Shown here piece after piece: positions 26,194-39,597 of a stretch of 64,000 bases of DNA (positions within the stretch are counted from its first letter, which is position 1; the number at the start of each line of letters is the position of its first letter). Under the pieces are notes generated by a model. The model worked only from the letters and a program-made list of their open reading frames with translations, made no database searches and was not told where the DNA came from. The stretch covers positions 2,170,001 through 2,234,000 of the forward strand of contig OX597816.1 of NCBI GenBank assembly GCA_951406725.2. The letters are read 5' to 3'. Position numbers and translations under genes: made by a program. Origin of the DNA: Octopus vulgaris. Its lineage: Eukaryota.

Positions 26194-27224
26194 AATTATA
26201 AAAATAATAAAAAAAAAATATGCAGTACTGTTTCTACTTCATGGATTTTCACCTATCGTAACACCTGTGATAGTCGAGGGACTACTGTACAATTTAGCAG
26301 GGATGTTATCTTGGGGTTTGGTGACAACAATTCTCCTCATATCTCAAGAACTTTTCTTGAGATTCTTGAAGAATGCAGGATATCAGACATAACTAAGCTC
26401 GGTTGTGTATTGAAAGCAGGCTTTAGCAATTTAACTATTAAAGTAACGATTATAATGGTGGGAATTTGTATCTTTTTATCATGAATTTTCATTGAATCAT
26501 GCAAGAGATTGTTAATTAGTTATAAAATTATATTATGAAAGTCTTCCACTTTTCAGTTGACAAATGAATATATTATCAGTTTCTTCCACTCATCCACTAT
26601 TTTCCTCATTCATAAGTAATCTCTATTTTTAGAAAAATGTCTAGAAGTGTTCTCTTGTGTTGTTTGGGTTTTTGCTGCATTCTGCTGTGCTTCAATAAGA
26701 ATGTAATTTTATTTTTATCCCCCTCCTTTATCATTATTTCCAGATGTGCTTTGCAAGTATTTTAAATTGGTTTTCCTTATTTTGCTGAAGAGCATAAAAG
26801 AGGAGCTTGTATTAGGACATTACTATTTTCAAACATTTTCAGGTTTAAAACATGAAACAGCAACAACCACCAAAAATTATTATTACTACTATTACTACTA
26901 CTAATAACAATAATGATGATAACATTTCAAATTTTGGCTAAAGGTCAGCAATTTTAGGAGTTGGGGGTTAATCAATTGCATCTACCCTGGTACTTGACTG
27001 GTATTTCATTTTATTGACTCTGAAAGGATAAGTTGACCTTGGTATGATTTGAACTCAGAACATGAAGAGTTGGAAGAATTATTGTGAGGAATTTTGAAAT
27101 GTAATAGAATGAAATTCTTCAACAGAATTACATGAATATTTTATATCATTTCATTCCGTTTCATTGGGAGACTTGTAGACATTCTGTACCTGTATATAAA
27201 TAAGGAACAGTTTCTTCATTTTCC

Positions 27225-27295
27225 TGACTCATCCTGCAACTTTCTTTGACTCATCCTGCACCTTTCTTTGACTCATCCTGCACCTTTCTTTGACT
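27225..27295. repeat. Three 22-bp tandem repeats, each starting TGACTCA
   Basis: tgactcatcctgca(a/c)ctttctt three times, plus tgact. Confidence 0.9.
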
Positions 27296-27346
27296 TACTA
27301 CTTGGAACATACCCCACACTTAAATATTTACTTATATATATTTATT

Positions 27347-27380
<34 letters not shown>

Positions 27381-27385
<5 letters not shown>

Positions 27386-28553
27386 GATGCTCAGGAGCAA
27401 TAAACATTGAAAATGCTCTGAGACCAACTTCTGCCACATTCCAGGGAGAAAAACTAGAAATAGTTGATAGCTTCCGTTACCTAGGTGACCAAGTCAGTAG
27501 CGGGGGCGGGTGTGCTGAAAGTGTAACTGCTAGAGTAAGAATAGCTTGGGCAAAGTTCAGAGAGCTCTTACCTCTGCTGGTGACAAAAGGCCTCTCGCTC
27601 AGAGTAAAAGGCAGACTGTATAACGTGTGTGTATGAACAGCCATGCTACATGGCAGTGAAACATGGGCCGTGACTGCTGAGGATATGCGTAAGCTCGCAA
27701 GAAATGAAGCCAGTATGCTCCGATGGATGTGTAATGTCAGTGTTCATACTCGACAGAGTGTAAGTACCTTGAGAGAAAAGCCGGACCTAAGAAGCATCAG
27801 TTGTGGTGTGCAAGAGAGACGTTTGCGCTGGTATGGTCATGTGGCGAGAATGGATGAGGATGGCTGTGTGAAAAAGTGCCACACCCTAGCGGTTGAGGAA
27901 ACCTGTGGAAGAAGTAGACCCAGGAAAACCTGGGACGAGATGGTGAAGCACGACCTTCGAACTTTAGGTCTCACTGAGGAAATGACTAGAGACCAAGACC
28001 TTTGGAAGTGTGCTGTGTGTGAGAAGACCCGGCAGGACAAGTGAGACCATAACCCCGGGATGTGCCAGTTCACTTATGCATACCTTTCCTTCTGGGGGCA
28101 CAAAACTCTGCTTGTGAAGACCTGTTGAGGCAAGTGAGAATCGAAATCGATCAACATCAATGGAATTTGCAGCTGTGATACCAGTGCCGGAGGCACGTAA
28201 GAGAACCATCCGAGCGTGGCTGTTGCCAGCACCGCCCCGACTGGCCTCGTGCCAGTGGCACGTAAAAAGCCCCATCCATTCGTGGCCATTGCCAGCCTCG
28301 CCTGGCCCCCGTGCCGGTGGCACGTAAAAAGCACCATCCGATCGTGGCCATTTGCCAGCCTCGTCTGGCACCTGTGCCGGTGGCACGTAAAAACCACCCA
28401 CTACACTCACGGAGTGGTTGGCGTTAGGAAGGGCATCCAGCTGTAGAAACATTGCCAGATCAGACTGGGCCTGGTGCAGCCTTCTGGCTTGCCAGACCCC
28501 AGTTGAACTGGCCAACCCATGCTAGCATGGAAAGCGGACGCTAAATGATGATG

Positions 28554-28555
<2 letters not shown>
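27381..28555 (+). mobile_element. 5'-truncated RTE-clade LINE (RT C-terminus plus 3' UTR)
   Basis: Translates EIVDSFRYLGDQVSSGGGC...RIAWAKFRELLP...MLHGSETWA...RRLRWYGHVARM...RPRKTWDEMVKHDL, with one premature stop at 27634-27636 and the ORF end at 28044. The 3' UTR ends in (GAT)n. Both flanks are (TA)n. Confidence 0.92.
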
Positions 28556-28585
<30 letters not shown>

Positions 28586-30059
28586 AAATCACACATATGA
28601 CAATAAAATAGTATTTCTACACTGGTTTGTTTCTGCAGATGTGGAGGGATACATAAAGTGTAGTGTGGATGGGGGAAATTGCCATTCTCAGGATGCCTAT
28701 GCAGTTGCATCCTGCATGGAAGTATTGCTGGTGGCTAAAAACTGTAAGCATTCTTCACCAAGGATGGATATAGAATTATACCAGCCAATTGTCAGACCCT
28801 TTTCAGAATGGCTTCTGTGTTCACCTGATTGATATGTGGTTAGGTAGCTAGCTGGTATCTTGAGGTTGATGGTGAAGTCATTTGTGTCACACTACTACAG
28901 GAGCATTGGTTCTTCCTTTTTTGTGTACCATGGTCATAGAACTCCATCTACACCAACAAAGAACATTACCGGAGGGCAAATCATTTAACGTTATTGTTTT
29001 TATTACACATTAAAGGAAGAGTTTTAAGAGTTTTCCTTCGTCATATTACAAGGTTCCAACATGTGCATGTTTAAGAAGAATAAACACTTAATTTGTGAAG
29101 CAATTAATTGAAGCAGCTGAGTTATTAAGACCATATGTTTCAAAATATGAACAGTTTCTACTGTAGAGAGATAAAAAAAAGTTATGTAAGGTTTATACTG
29201 AATATTGTTTATACATGTCAAATATTATTGGACCTCGACAAATATCTTCAGTCTCCACTGTTGCAGATATCTTTCATCTACACCATTACAGATGTTTTTA
29301 ATTCACATCGTCATCATCATTAAAAATCCATTTTCCATGCTGGCTTGGGTTGGATGGTTTATACAGGATTTGATGTGTGCAAGGACTGCATCAGGCTCCA
29401 ATGTCTGCTTTCACAAGGGTTCTACAGCTGGATGCTCTTCCTAATGTCAACCACTTTACATCATGGGCTGGGTGCTTTTCTTTTGTGCCACCTGGACTAT
29501 TGGGGTTGTCAGGCAGGTTGCAGGACTAAGGACTCAGGGAGTGGGTGGGAACAGCTCCATGCTAGGAGACAAGGGGATTATATGAGAAAGAGCAGGTTTT
29601 TATGCAGGATCTGCATGACTACTCACATCTAAAAGGGGAAAGCGGAGTGAGAAAAAACTAATGAGAAGGTGGTGCAAGAGATACTGGCAGTGAGAGGCCC
29701 AGGTGACCCCACAAGGCACAAACTGATTAGAGGTGGGCAGTTGGTTTGCAAGCTTGTATGGAGAATGAAGGGATTGGGGTAAGACTGTCAAAATTGTGGG
29801 GTTGAAAGGTGGATGAACAAGAACAACAAGCTGGGGGAAAACAGAGATGCAAAAGAGAGGGGAGCGTAAGCAGCAGAGATAGTAAGACAATACGGTTACC
29901 AGGGAGGAGGAGATGACATGGTTGTGTAGTCTGTAGGACCCAGCAGGAGAGAAAAGGTAAGCATAACGCATGAGGTGGTGGAGTCATGGGTGGAGAGCAC
30001 AAGATGTCACACTTCCAGAACTGATTTTTGCTGAGGAGGATGAGTCCTTTTGAAAACGT

Positions 30060-30330
30060 CAGGTTGTTAGAGATCCTGGTCCTTAGTTATCTTTTCTGTG
30101 AGGCTCAGGGTTCTGAGGTCAGCCTTCAGCATTTCATCTCTTCTCTTCAAGGGTCTCCCTCTTCTGCAATTTCCTGTCACATAGTTATCAGCACTTTATA
30201 CAGCTGTCCTTATCTATGCACACTAAAGGTTCATACCAATCTCCTTGAATGCAACATCTGATTCCTCTTATACACAGTTTCCAACTCAATACCTTTGGAC
30301 TAATTTTTCCACATACACTCACATTGCATA
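30060..30330 (-). mobile_element. Old degenerate RTE ORF-end fragment
   Basis: Reverse complement resembles the MCNVSV...IRGIRCCIQE...GRP..R.DEMLKADL region of the 27381 element. Confidence 0.5.
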
Positions 30331-30335
30331 TATAT

Positions 30336-30421
30336 ATATTTAATCCACCTCATTGCAGATATATTTAATCCACCTCATTGCAGACATATTTAATCCACCT
30401 CATTGCAGATATATTTAATCC
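30336..30421. repeat. About 3.4 copies of a 25-bp tandem repeat
   Basis: atatttaatccacctcattgcaga(t/c). Confidence 0.9.
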
Positions 30422-30870
30422 TCATCAGTATTTAAAAATTAGTTATTAAATTAATGGCAGTTTTGTTAAAGGATTTCATTCTGTTTTAAAAAAAATAGAT
30501 AAAAATGTGAGTTTTCATTAAATTCCTTCTGAAGGTTTTATAATGTGGATATTTAAATGAATATCTATGGCAATGTAAGTCCTTTAGAGTTTGATGTTTC
30601 ACCGATATCCAATTGGTATTTTGCTTTATTTACATATTTAGAATTGATTTGCTGGGGTAATTTCTTTTTCCTTTTATTTTCTCTCAATTTCTGTGCTTTT
30701 GATACACTTCACAACACAGGTAATAAGGTGTAAAATAATGTCTTTGTATTTCCACAAAAGGAAGAAAAGAAAAATAAATCTAATTTAGATTTCATGGTAC
30801 AACAGCTGTGCTGACACCTGTCTCAGCATACGTTACCTTTGTCAGTTTGAGACTTAGGCTTTGAATCTAA

Positions 30871-31089
30871 CCCTTTAGCATTCAGATTATTCTGTCAAAT
30901 ATAATATTTATTCATCCATATTGTTTTAAGCTAATCATGCCTTATTTCGTAGCTTTAAGATTTCGATGATGTTATCACCTGTTTTTAGATTGACATTATA
31001 GGTTGGTGTGAGATACCAAATCAGGGCAGTTTTAACAGAAAACAGATAGATTATTTGGGCCGGATATGGCCGGTTTAAACACTAAAGGG
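30871..31089. mobile_element. piggyBac-type MITE (second family)
   Basis: Ends CCCTTTAGCATTCAGA / TTTAAACACTAAAGGG; flanks CTAA and TTAA. Confidence 0.75.
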
Positions 31090-32101
31090 TTAAAAGACTT
31101 TTTTTTTTTCTTAATCAGAACTGCCTTTGAGTTATATTTCAGAAAGTAATTCATTTGTGGAAATATGCTCTTTGGCTCTTTTCCTGCTCCTTAAATTTGT
31201 GTGTGTCTGTCTGTCTCAAGTTACATATAGAATTACCATTATCATCATCATCATCATTGTTTAACAACTGTTTCCCATGCTGGCATAGGCTGGATGGTTT
31301 GACAGGAGCTGGCCAGCTGAACAGCTGCCCATGGTCCATGTCTGCTTTGGTCCATGTCTCTGTGGCTGGGTGCCCTTCCTAACGCCAACCACTTTACACA
31401 GTGGCAATGTGTGCTATCACACAGTCTTGGCACGAGCGCTTTTCACAAAGGATTACTCGATACTGTTTGGTCGAGTACTTATTCGTTAATCTTTACAAGG
31501 AAAAGGTTGAGACGGACTTTGCAGTCTCAGCTTGCTCATTGTTATCCAAACTATCCGATGGCAAGCTACAACTTCAAAGTCACTGTCAACCGTTTCGTTG
31601 TAAAGATTAACATGCATACACACAGACAAGAGACAAACAAACACAAACATTCTTGGTTGAAATAAATGCTGTAAAACCAAATTGCAATAATCATAGGATT
31701 ATGCTGTAGAAGAATCACTTGGAAACCAAAACAACAGCAGTAAACCTGACTCTGAGTTGTTCTCTGTTAACATTTGGAGTAAATGTAACTGTTTGGTTCC
31801 TTAAGCAACTCTGATTGACTCAGTTGTTTGTGTAAGAAGCTGGGACATTTGCCCAAAAGCTACAAAAATTTAACACAAGTCTACATTAGAAGTAGAAAGT
31901 CTGTTTCATTTCAGTTCAGCTCTATTAAGTTTATCTCTCAATATTTCTATCTGTTAAGTTTATTGTCATTGTACATAATTGCAGGGAAATACACATATGC
32001 CACAATCTTTGTCCTCATTATACTTGAATCAGTTAAAAAAAGGTCTTGGTAAACAACTGATGGACCCTGGTTTCAGATTGGTCATTGAAACTCTGCACTG
32101 T

Positions 32102-32370
32102 ATCATCATCATCATCATCATCGTTTAGCGTCCGTTTTCCATGCTAGCATGGGTTGGACGGTTCTACTGGGGTCTGTGAAGCCAGAAGGCTTTATCAGGC
32201 CCAGTCAAATCTGGCAGTGTTTCTACGGCTGGATGCCCTTCCTAACGCCAACCACTCCGAGAGTGTAGTGGGTGCTTTTTACGTGCCACCCGCACAGGTG
32301 CCAGACAGCTGGCAAACGGCCACGAACGGATGGTGCTTTTTATGTGCCACCGGCACGAGGGCCAGGCGAG
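32102..32370 (-). mobile_element. RTE 3'-end copy
   Basis: (CAT)n-cgtttagcgtccgttttccatgctagc...ggatgcccttcctaacgccaacc. Confidence 0.85.
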
Positions 32371-33102
32371 ACACATTCATTTACAATCAGACACATTTAT
32401 TTACAAGACAATGAAGCTTCTGTGGAGTTGCTTAACTTGCTTGAAATAAAGGCCAAGTCTCTGTGACACCATGTTCAATTGTTGCAAAAAACGGAAGGAT
32501 ATGTTATGCAATCCATATCATACATACAAATATGGTAGGGTCTCTTGTAATACAATGAATTGAAAAACTTCAACTGAAAGAATTCTCGAGAGATAAATAC
32601 GCCCACTAGAGAGTTTAATAACAAGGGAGATAACTCCAGTAAACTCAACTGAAATGTTTTGGAAAATGTTGTGAAGGATTGCATCAGCTGTTTGGTCAAT
32701 CTTATTAGAATTTGTCATGAAAGCATATTCTACTCAGTTGGCAAAACTAAAAATATTGCAAAATGGTTTCATGTTCAGTCCTACTGCATGGCACCTTGGG
32801 CAAATAGCTTCCACTATGATAGCACTATGAGTGAATTTAGCCAACAGAAACTGAAAGAAGCTTTTTGTATATGTGTGTATATATTTCTTTACTACCCACA
32901 AGGGGCTAAACACAGAGGAGACAAGGAGAGACAGACAGATTAAGTTGATTATATCGACTCCAGTGCGTAACTGGTACTTATTTAATCGACCCTGAAAGGA
33001 TGAAAGGCAAAGTCGACCTCGGTGGAATTTGAACTCAGAACGTAGCAACAGACGAAATACTGCTGAGCATTTCGCCCGGCGTGCTAACAATTCTGCCAGC
33101 TC

Positions 33103-33138
<36 letters not shown>

Positions 33139-34513
33139 AAGTGGTGTTTATGTGGATGTGTGTGTATTTGTGTCTCCTTATCTTGACATCATGTAATATT
33201 TGTAAAAGAGATTACCATCATACAAACAGTCATTTCTAATGTCCCATTAAAACATATCCTACCAGAGGGAAATTTCACCTTAGAAACAGGCGAAAGTTTG
33301 CAGCAGAAAGGGTATCTGGCCATAGGAAATTCCATTTGTCCCAGACAAGCATAGAAAAATGTCCATTAAAACTGATTATTATTATACTGGAATGAGAGAG
33401 CAGTCCATGCCATCAAAGTGACACTGGGGTACAAACATATGAAGCCCAATGTACCCATCATGACTACCTGTCTGATAAGGGTACACCAGGCACATGTATC
33501 ACAACCATATGTGCGCAAATTGATGATCTCATATCAAGATAAACAGCAAATGACCTTGCAGGTGGAGCTCAATTAGAATTTTCTTCAGGGTGAGTAGCCC
33601 CTCCCACTCAAAAGGACCCTGAATGAGGGTTGTTTAAGGATGATGAATGAAATGCCCATATTTCTAGAGGTGAATTATTCAAACCCCAAAGAATTTCTCA
33701 ACACATATCTCTCTCTCTTCCTTTGCTCAACCATCTCATTTATATTCTGATCCCCATCCCTTGTGAAAATGCCCATCATTTTGTCACCATCTCTATCCTG
33801 CTGTCTCATCCACACTCTCTCTCTCCTTCTGCACTTCCCTCAGGTTAGGTAACCATGTATTTCCTTTGTAGTAGCACACCTGTTTCTGTCCTCGTTCCTG
33901 ATCTCTCTCTCTCTCTGTCTCATTATAACCTTTCATCGTGCAACACAAGATCACCTCCTCTAATTCCCCCTCCCCTCTTGAAAGGCTTTTTTTTTATTTT
34001 GCAAGTACTTAGTGACCCTGTCAGTGCAGGTGCTACTTAAAAGCATCCAGTCCACACTGTGTGAAGTGGTTGGTGTTCAGAAGGGCATCCAGCTGTAAAA
34101 ACCTTGCCTGTGCTTGTGCCACATAAAAAGAACTAAGTCCACACTGCTGAGTGGTTGGTGTTAGGAAGGGCATCCAGCTGTAAAAATCCTGCCAAAACAG
34201 TCACACAAGCCTGGTGCAGGCTTCTGCTTGGCCGGCTCTTGTCAAATCATCCCACCCATCGTAGCATGGAAGTGATGATGGCTATAATGCTCCCCCACTA
34301 CTTCTGCTCATGATCAGAGATGCACATATCATCAGCCACTCTGGGACGTGCTCAACCTGTTATGGTCAAACAACTTGACAAGCAAATCTGTGGTATTGAG
34401 CAGGATATTTGATGTAGCTCATCTTTTCATACCAAGGCAAAACATACATGATAACACTTCTAATCAGATAAGATCAAAAGCCTGAGAGCCACTGCCTGGA
34501 ACTGCATCAGGGC

Positions 34514-34549
<36 letters not shown>

Positions 34550-35231
34550 GAGAGCAATGTCTGCCATCAAAGTGACACTAGGGTACAAATATATGAAACC
34601 CAATAGAGCCCTCATGACTATCCATCTGAAAAGAGTACCCCAACATATGGTTATGATGCTCCCCCACTACTTCTGCTCATGATCAGAGATGCACATATCG
34701 TCAGCTACTAAGGGACATACATGCTCAAGTAGTTATGGTCAAGCAACTGACAAGCAAATCTGTGGTATTGAGCAGAATATTTGCTGTAGGCCATCTTTCA
34801 TACCGAGATAAAACATGTACATGATAACATTTCCAATCAGTTAAGATCGGAAGCCATGAGAGTCACTGCCTGGTACTGCATCAGAGTATTTATTATTTAT
34901 TATTATTTATTATTATTATTATTATTGTTATATTAATAGAGGAAGTATAATGGTGATTATGATTATCTTCCCGGTGCACCCGCCCTTGCCCACCCCCACC
35001 ACCACCACCACCAATACCGGATATCTCTATATTTTTGCTCCATCTATACCGGATGTCGCTTCTCCCACCACCATTATAGGTGTCTACTCTTCGAACCCCC
35101 CTCTTCAATACGCTATTTCACCATGCATTACCCCTCTCGTGATATCCTACGTTCTACCGTCTAGAATCTGTCATCGTTTCTCCGAACACCCCTCCCCACT
35201 GGTGCTCCCCTATATTTCTGCACCCCCCCCC

Positions 35232-35547
35232 CCACATAAAAAGCACCATCCGAACGTGGCCGATGCCAGCACCGCCCCGACTGGCTTCTGTGCAGGTGGC
35301 ACATAAAAAGCACCAACTGACCGTGGCCGATGCCAGACCCCTCTGGCACCTGTGCAGGTGGCACGTAAAAAGCACCCACTACACTCGCGGAGTGGTTGGC
35401 GTTAGGAAGGGCATCCATCTGTAGAAACACTGCCAGACCAGACTGGAGCCTGGGGCAGCCCCTGGCTCCCCAGACCCCGGTCGAAACCGTCCAACCCGTG
35501 CTAGCGCGGAAAACGGACGTTAAACGATGATGATGATGATGATGATA
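35232..35547 (+). mobile_element. Young RTE 3'-end copy
   Basis: CpG-rich; ends cggacgttaaac(GAT)n. Confidence 0.85.
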
Positions 35548-36057
35548 GTTTGGCTGTTTTAGGGCAGCAATTTGCTACCAATTTGGTAGAATCTTGTAAA
35601 ATGCTGAGTTGCAAAACTATCAACTGAGCTTATATTATCCATGCAATTAGTAGGTAAATTTCCTTATTGAGGTGTTTAAAATAGAATTAAAAAAAAAAGA
35701 AACTCTGATAAAAACCATGTACTTGAATTATGCACATTGTCTTCACCAGATGACTAAAAATGAGGCCCACTCCCACTGTATTCTGTAGATCTTCTAAAAA
35801 ATTTTAATTAATTGATTTTTTGAACTCTCCCTTCCTTTTATTTATTTATTTATTTATATTTTTTTTGTAGGTTTAAATCCCAGCCCCTTCTGAGACTATT
35901 TCTTCTAAATTCATTGATAATCTCAGCTGACCATTGTTTTTCAGTTCTTTGTTACATTTGTGAGATCCTTATTGGGACATTTTCCTGGTTGTCCTATTGC
36001 TGATAGTCCGAGATACCCCTGAACTGATAGACTGAGCATGGCTAAGATACCTTTTAG

Positions 36058-36420
36058 TCCTTTACTTGTTTTAGTCATTTGACTTCAGCCATGCTGGAGC
36101 AGGTTTTTTCTTTTTTTATAGTCAAACAAAGCAACCTCAGGACTTAGTTTTTGTAAGCCTAGTACTTATTCTATTGGACTCTTTTGCTGAACTGCCAAGT
36201 TACTAGGATGTAAGCACACCAACACTGGCTGTCAAGCAGTGATGGGGGGACAAATACTGACACAAAGACACTCACACATAGATATATACAGTTTCTGTCT
36301 ACCGAATCCACTCTCAAGGCTTTGGTTGTCCTGAGACTATAGTAGAAGACACCTGGCCAAGCTGCCATGCAGTGGGACTGAACCCAGAACCATGTGGTTG
36401 GGAAGCAAGCTTCTTACTGC
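36058..36420 (-). mobile_element. SINE family A, older copy (another at about 9600-9965, + strand)
   Basis: ttttacttgttttagtcatttgac...gtgggactgaacccagaaccatgtggttg. Confidence 0.8.
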
Positions 36421-36776
36421 AACCTGGGGCTAAACTCTGTACATGTCTCAAAATTGGCCAAAGGGATGAAAACCTCTCAGATATAAGGTTGATATTACAA
36501 GCAATTAGTCTGTTGCAATGTCTTCACGTGTCAGGCCTTAAAGTTCAGCTGATCCTGAAGCCACAATGAATACTGAACGGATGATCAGCAGTTTGAATGT
36601 CTACTAAATGATAAGTGTCTTCACCAATTTCGTTTCCCATCTATGTTATAAGATTTCTCAGTTTTCCTTGTATAGTGGTTTTAGAGAAACATGTAGGCAA
36701 TTTGTACAGATTTGAACAAACAAAAACATATTTGGGGGTTTGTTTACTGCTGAAGACAAGTTGCTCTTGTGTATCA

Positions 36777-38223
36777 TCTACCTATATAAAAGAGGGGAAA
36801 AAACTTGCACACTTTGGCTTTGGTAAGGATTCAATGGCACTAGACGTGCTAGGATCGAGCTGAAAATTTACACACCTATAGAAGGTGTGGTGTAGTTATG
36901 GCCAGAGTAGGTTTCAAGTCTCTATCTCGATAACAGAAGCTTGAAACAATGCATTTTCTGCGAGTGAGTGGGTGTCATACACTATTGCCTTGAGTTGTGT
37001 TCACGCAACATGTTGGATTCTACACATGACTGCGCATGTTTGCGCAAATGCAACAGCAAAATGGGATGAAAACACGTTCAGTTTTTGAGATTTTCGAAAA
37101 ACAAAATATGAGCCTATACATAGAAAAATTTCCTGAATCAATTGGAGCAAGCTTGAATTCTCTAGCTTGAAACATGCAAATTCTAGCAGTTTTTAGTGTG
37201 CCTTTTTTAGGAGTTCTCAGTAGAAAATGGTGTCAAAAAATTATATATAAAGCTGAAGTTGTCTGTGTATGGCAGGTTTGGTAGCCTTCAACTAACACTA
37301 TCTCCTCCGAGACCCTGCGGCGCAAGTTGACCAAAATTGAGAGTATGATAGAAGAAGGCTTGCTCTTCCTTCCGTAGGAGAAAAAATTCAAATTGGACCA
37401 TGTTAATACCAAAAATTATTTACATCAAAAAGGTGCTTTTTTTCTATGAAAATCCCTATTTTTTAACGATTTTTTTACTGCTGTGTCGCCATTTTTCAGT
37501 GTATTTCAACCAGAAAAATGTTCACTCAAAGAGAATAACAAGCTACATAATGCAAAAATTTTACTTTTCAAAAATTCAAATTCTAAAGTGTTGAAAAGAA
37601 ACCAAAGCGATACTGCTAGTTGTTTTATAAAACGAAAGCTTTATTAATAACAGGAATGTTATAATGTAACAAGAAATATAGAGTATGTGGGTTTTTTTGT
37701 TTTGGGTGGTTGGGTAGGTAGGTAGAGGATTTCATTCTTCTGTGTATCACAATCTGAAAAATAAGGATGCTATTTGAGGAAACAAAAGAGACTAGGATAT
37801 ATATATAAATGTAATTTGAACGAAACCTAATTAAATAATACCACATGCTAATCGTCTGGCATCAACTGTTAGCATAGCTTTGAATGGAGTTCTTTCAAAT
37901 TATTGTTTTCATTTATGACAGAAAACGAAATAATAATACACTGAGAATTGAACAATTCAGATTTCTGTTGAAAGACCCATTTAAAAAAGATTGGAATTTA
38001 TATGAGAAACGGGGAATTGTTGTTTTGAGGGAGCATTCACGAGAAGAAGGGACACAACTCTTTTATAGCTAAATTAATTTGGAATGCTAAATGGGTGCTG
38101 AATAGGAATCTTTAGATATTTTCTGTTATTAAATGTTATTTTGATGGGAATACACAAACTTGGACACATTTAACTTTGTAGTAAGCATTGCATAAGCCAA
38201 CAAAACGGTGCAGCTGGTTCTAG
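36777..38223 (+). mobile_element. Possible outer Helitron-like element containing the 37241-37619 element
   Basis: A|TCTACCTATATAAAAG 5' end, gctaggatcgagctgaaaatttacacac motif, and a candidate 3' CTAG|T at 38220-38223. The link between the two ends is inferred. Confidence 0.4.
37241..37619 (+). mobile_element. Non-autonomous Helitron-like element
   Basis: Lies between A and T. The 5' end is TTATATATAAAGCTGAAGTTGTCTGTG, with an internal atctcctccgagacc...gttgaccaaaattg motif typical of short Helitrons, and the 3' end is CTAG|T. The subterminal hairpin is not clear. Confidence 0.6.
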
Positions 38224-38514
38224 TATGGCTGTTGGCAGTGAGCTGCTGCTAAGAGATTAGGGTGAGAGAATAACTACTTTTTATTATTTATTTACTTTAA
38301 AGTAACAAAGAAAATATTTTTAAAATGATGGATATTAGTTGACAGTTGTTACAAAATCAACTTTGGGGTTACTTACATTCTTTATATAAGATTGCAGTAT
38401 CTCCAATAAGTCTTCAGAAATCTTGAAACCACGTAGGATTAAACAATGCATTTTCTATCATTTTTCTCCTTTTTCAAAATCCATTCCAACTATTTTATGA
38501 CATTGCTTTTTTAA

Positions 38515-38634
<120 letters not shown>

Positions 38635-39058
38635 TAAGTTTTTCTGATAATATTTAGTTCTATCGATCCTCCACTTGGCCTAAGCAAGCCATTTCAATAT
38701 GTTATTGAGAAAATTCAATGTGTAATAATTTCTTTGCAGAAGCATCATTAATATTAAAATTGGTGCAGCATTGGGAAAAATTAACATTTGTCAAATTGTT
38801 TGATTTGTTAAGTTGATTGACTAGCTTTCTAATTTTGGCTCAGGATCAGCCATTTTGAGGGGAAGGGTAAAATTGATTACATTGATTTCAGTATTTGACT
38901 GGTATCTTATCCCTGAAAGGATAAAAGGCAAAATTGACCTTGGCTAGATTTGAACTCAGAACATAAAGAGCCAAGGGAAATGCTGCTAAGTGTTTTGTCC
39001 AACATGCTAACAATTCTGCCTGCTTACCACCTTAATAAAAATAGTAATTATAATAATA

Positions 39059-39590
39059 AAATGCCCTGATGCAGTACCATGAAGTGGCTCTCATGGCTTC
39101 TGATCTTAACTGACTGGAAGTGTTATCATGTACATGTTTTGTCTTGATATGTATATAAGACAGGCTACAGCAAATATTCTGCTCAATACCACAGATTTGC
39201 TTGTCAGTTGCTTGGTCTTAATCAGTCGAGCATGTCCCTTAGTGGCTGACGATATGTGGGGAGCATCATAACCATGTGTTGAGAAGAATTCTTTGGGGCT
39301 TCAATAATTCAGTTCAAAAATCATGGGTGTTTCATTCTACATCCTTAAACAAACCTTCAGAGATCTTTTGAGAGCAATGAATTTCTTGACCTGAAGAAAA
39401 TTCTAACTGAGCCCCACCTGCAAGGTCATTGATTGTTTATCTTAATATGAGATCACCATGTTGCGCTCATATGGTTGTGATGCATGTACCTGGTGTACCC
39501 TTATCAGATGGGTGGTCATGATGGGTAAATTGGCTTCATATATTTGTACCCCAGTGTCACTTTAATGGCATGCATTACTCTCTCACTCAA
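39059..39590 (+). mobile_element. Non-coding interspersed element of about 540 bp associated with (AAT)n ('family E'); opposite-orientation copies at about 24337-24857, 33388-34517 (interrupted) and 34548-34890 (internally deleted)
   Basis: All copies share the termini aatgccctgatgcagtacca... and ...gcatgca.t.ctctctcactc-aataataat and sit in AAT/ATT runs. No ORF or TIR seen. Confidence 0.8.
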
Positions 39591-39597
39591 TAATAAT

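Noticed and set aside
28639-28743. Exon-like segment (ttctgcag ... gtaagc) with an open frame DVEGYIKCSVDGG...
   Set aside because: The open frame is phase 1-1, incompatible with the phase-2 WW exon, and no homology is recognised. Adjacent sequence recurs at about 44721-44763, suggesting a repeat.
30031-30065. CUGAGGA-GGA(UGAG)UCC-UUUU-GAAAACGUC
   Set aside because: Extra U-run before GAAA and no stem I; borders a decayed RTE fragment; probably chance.
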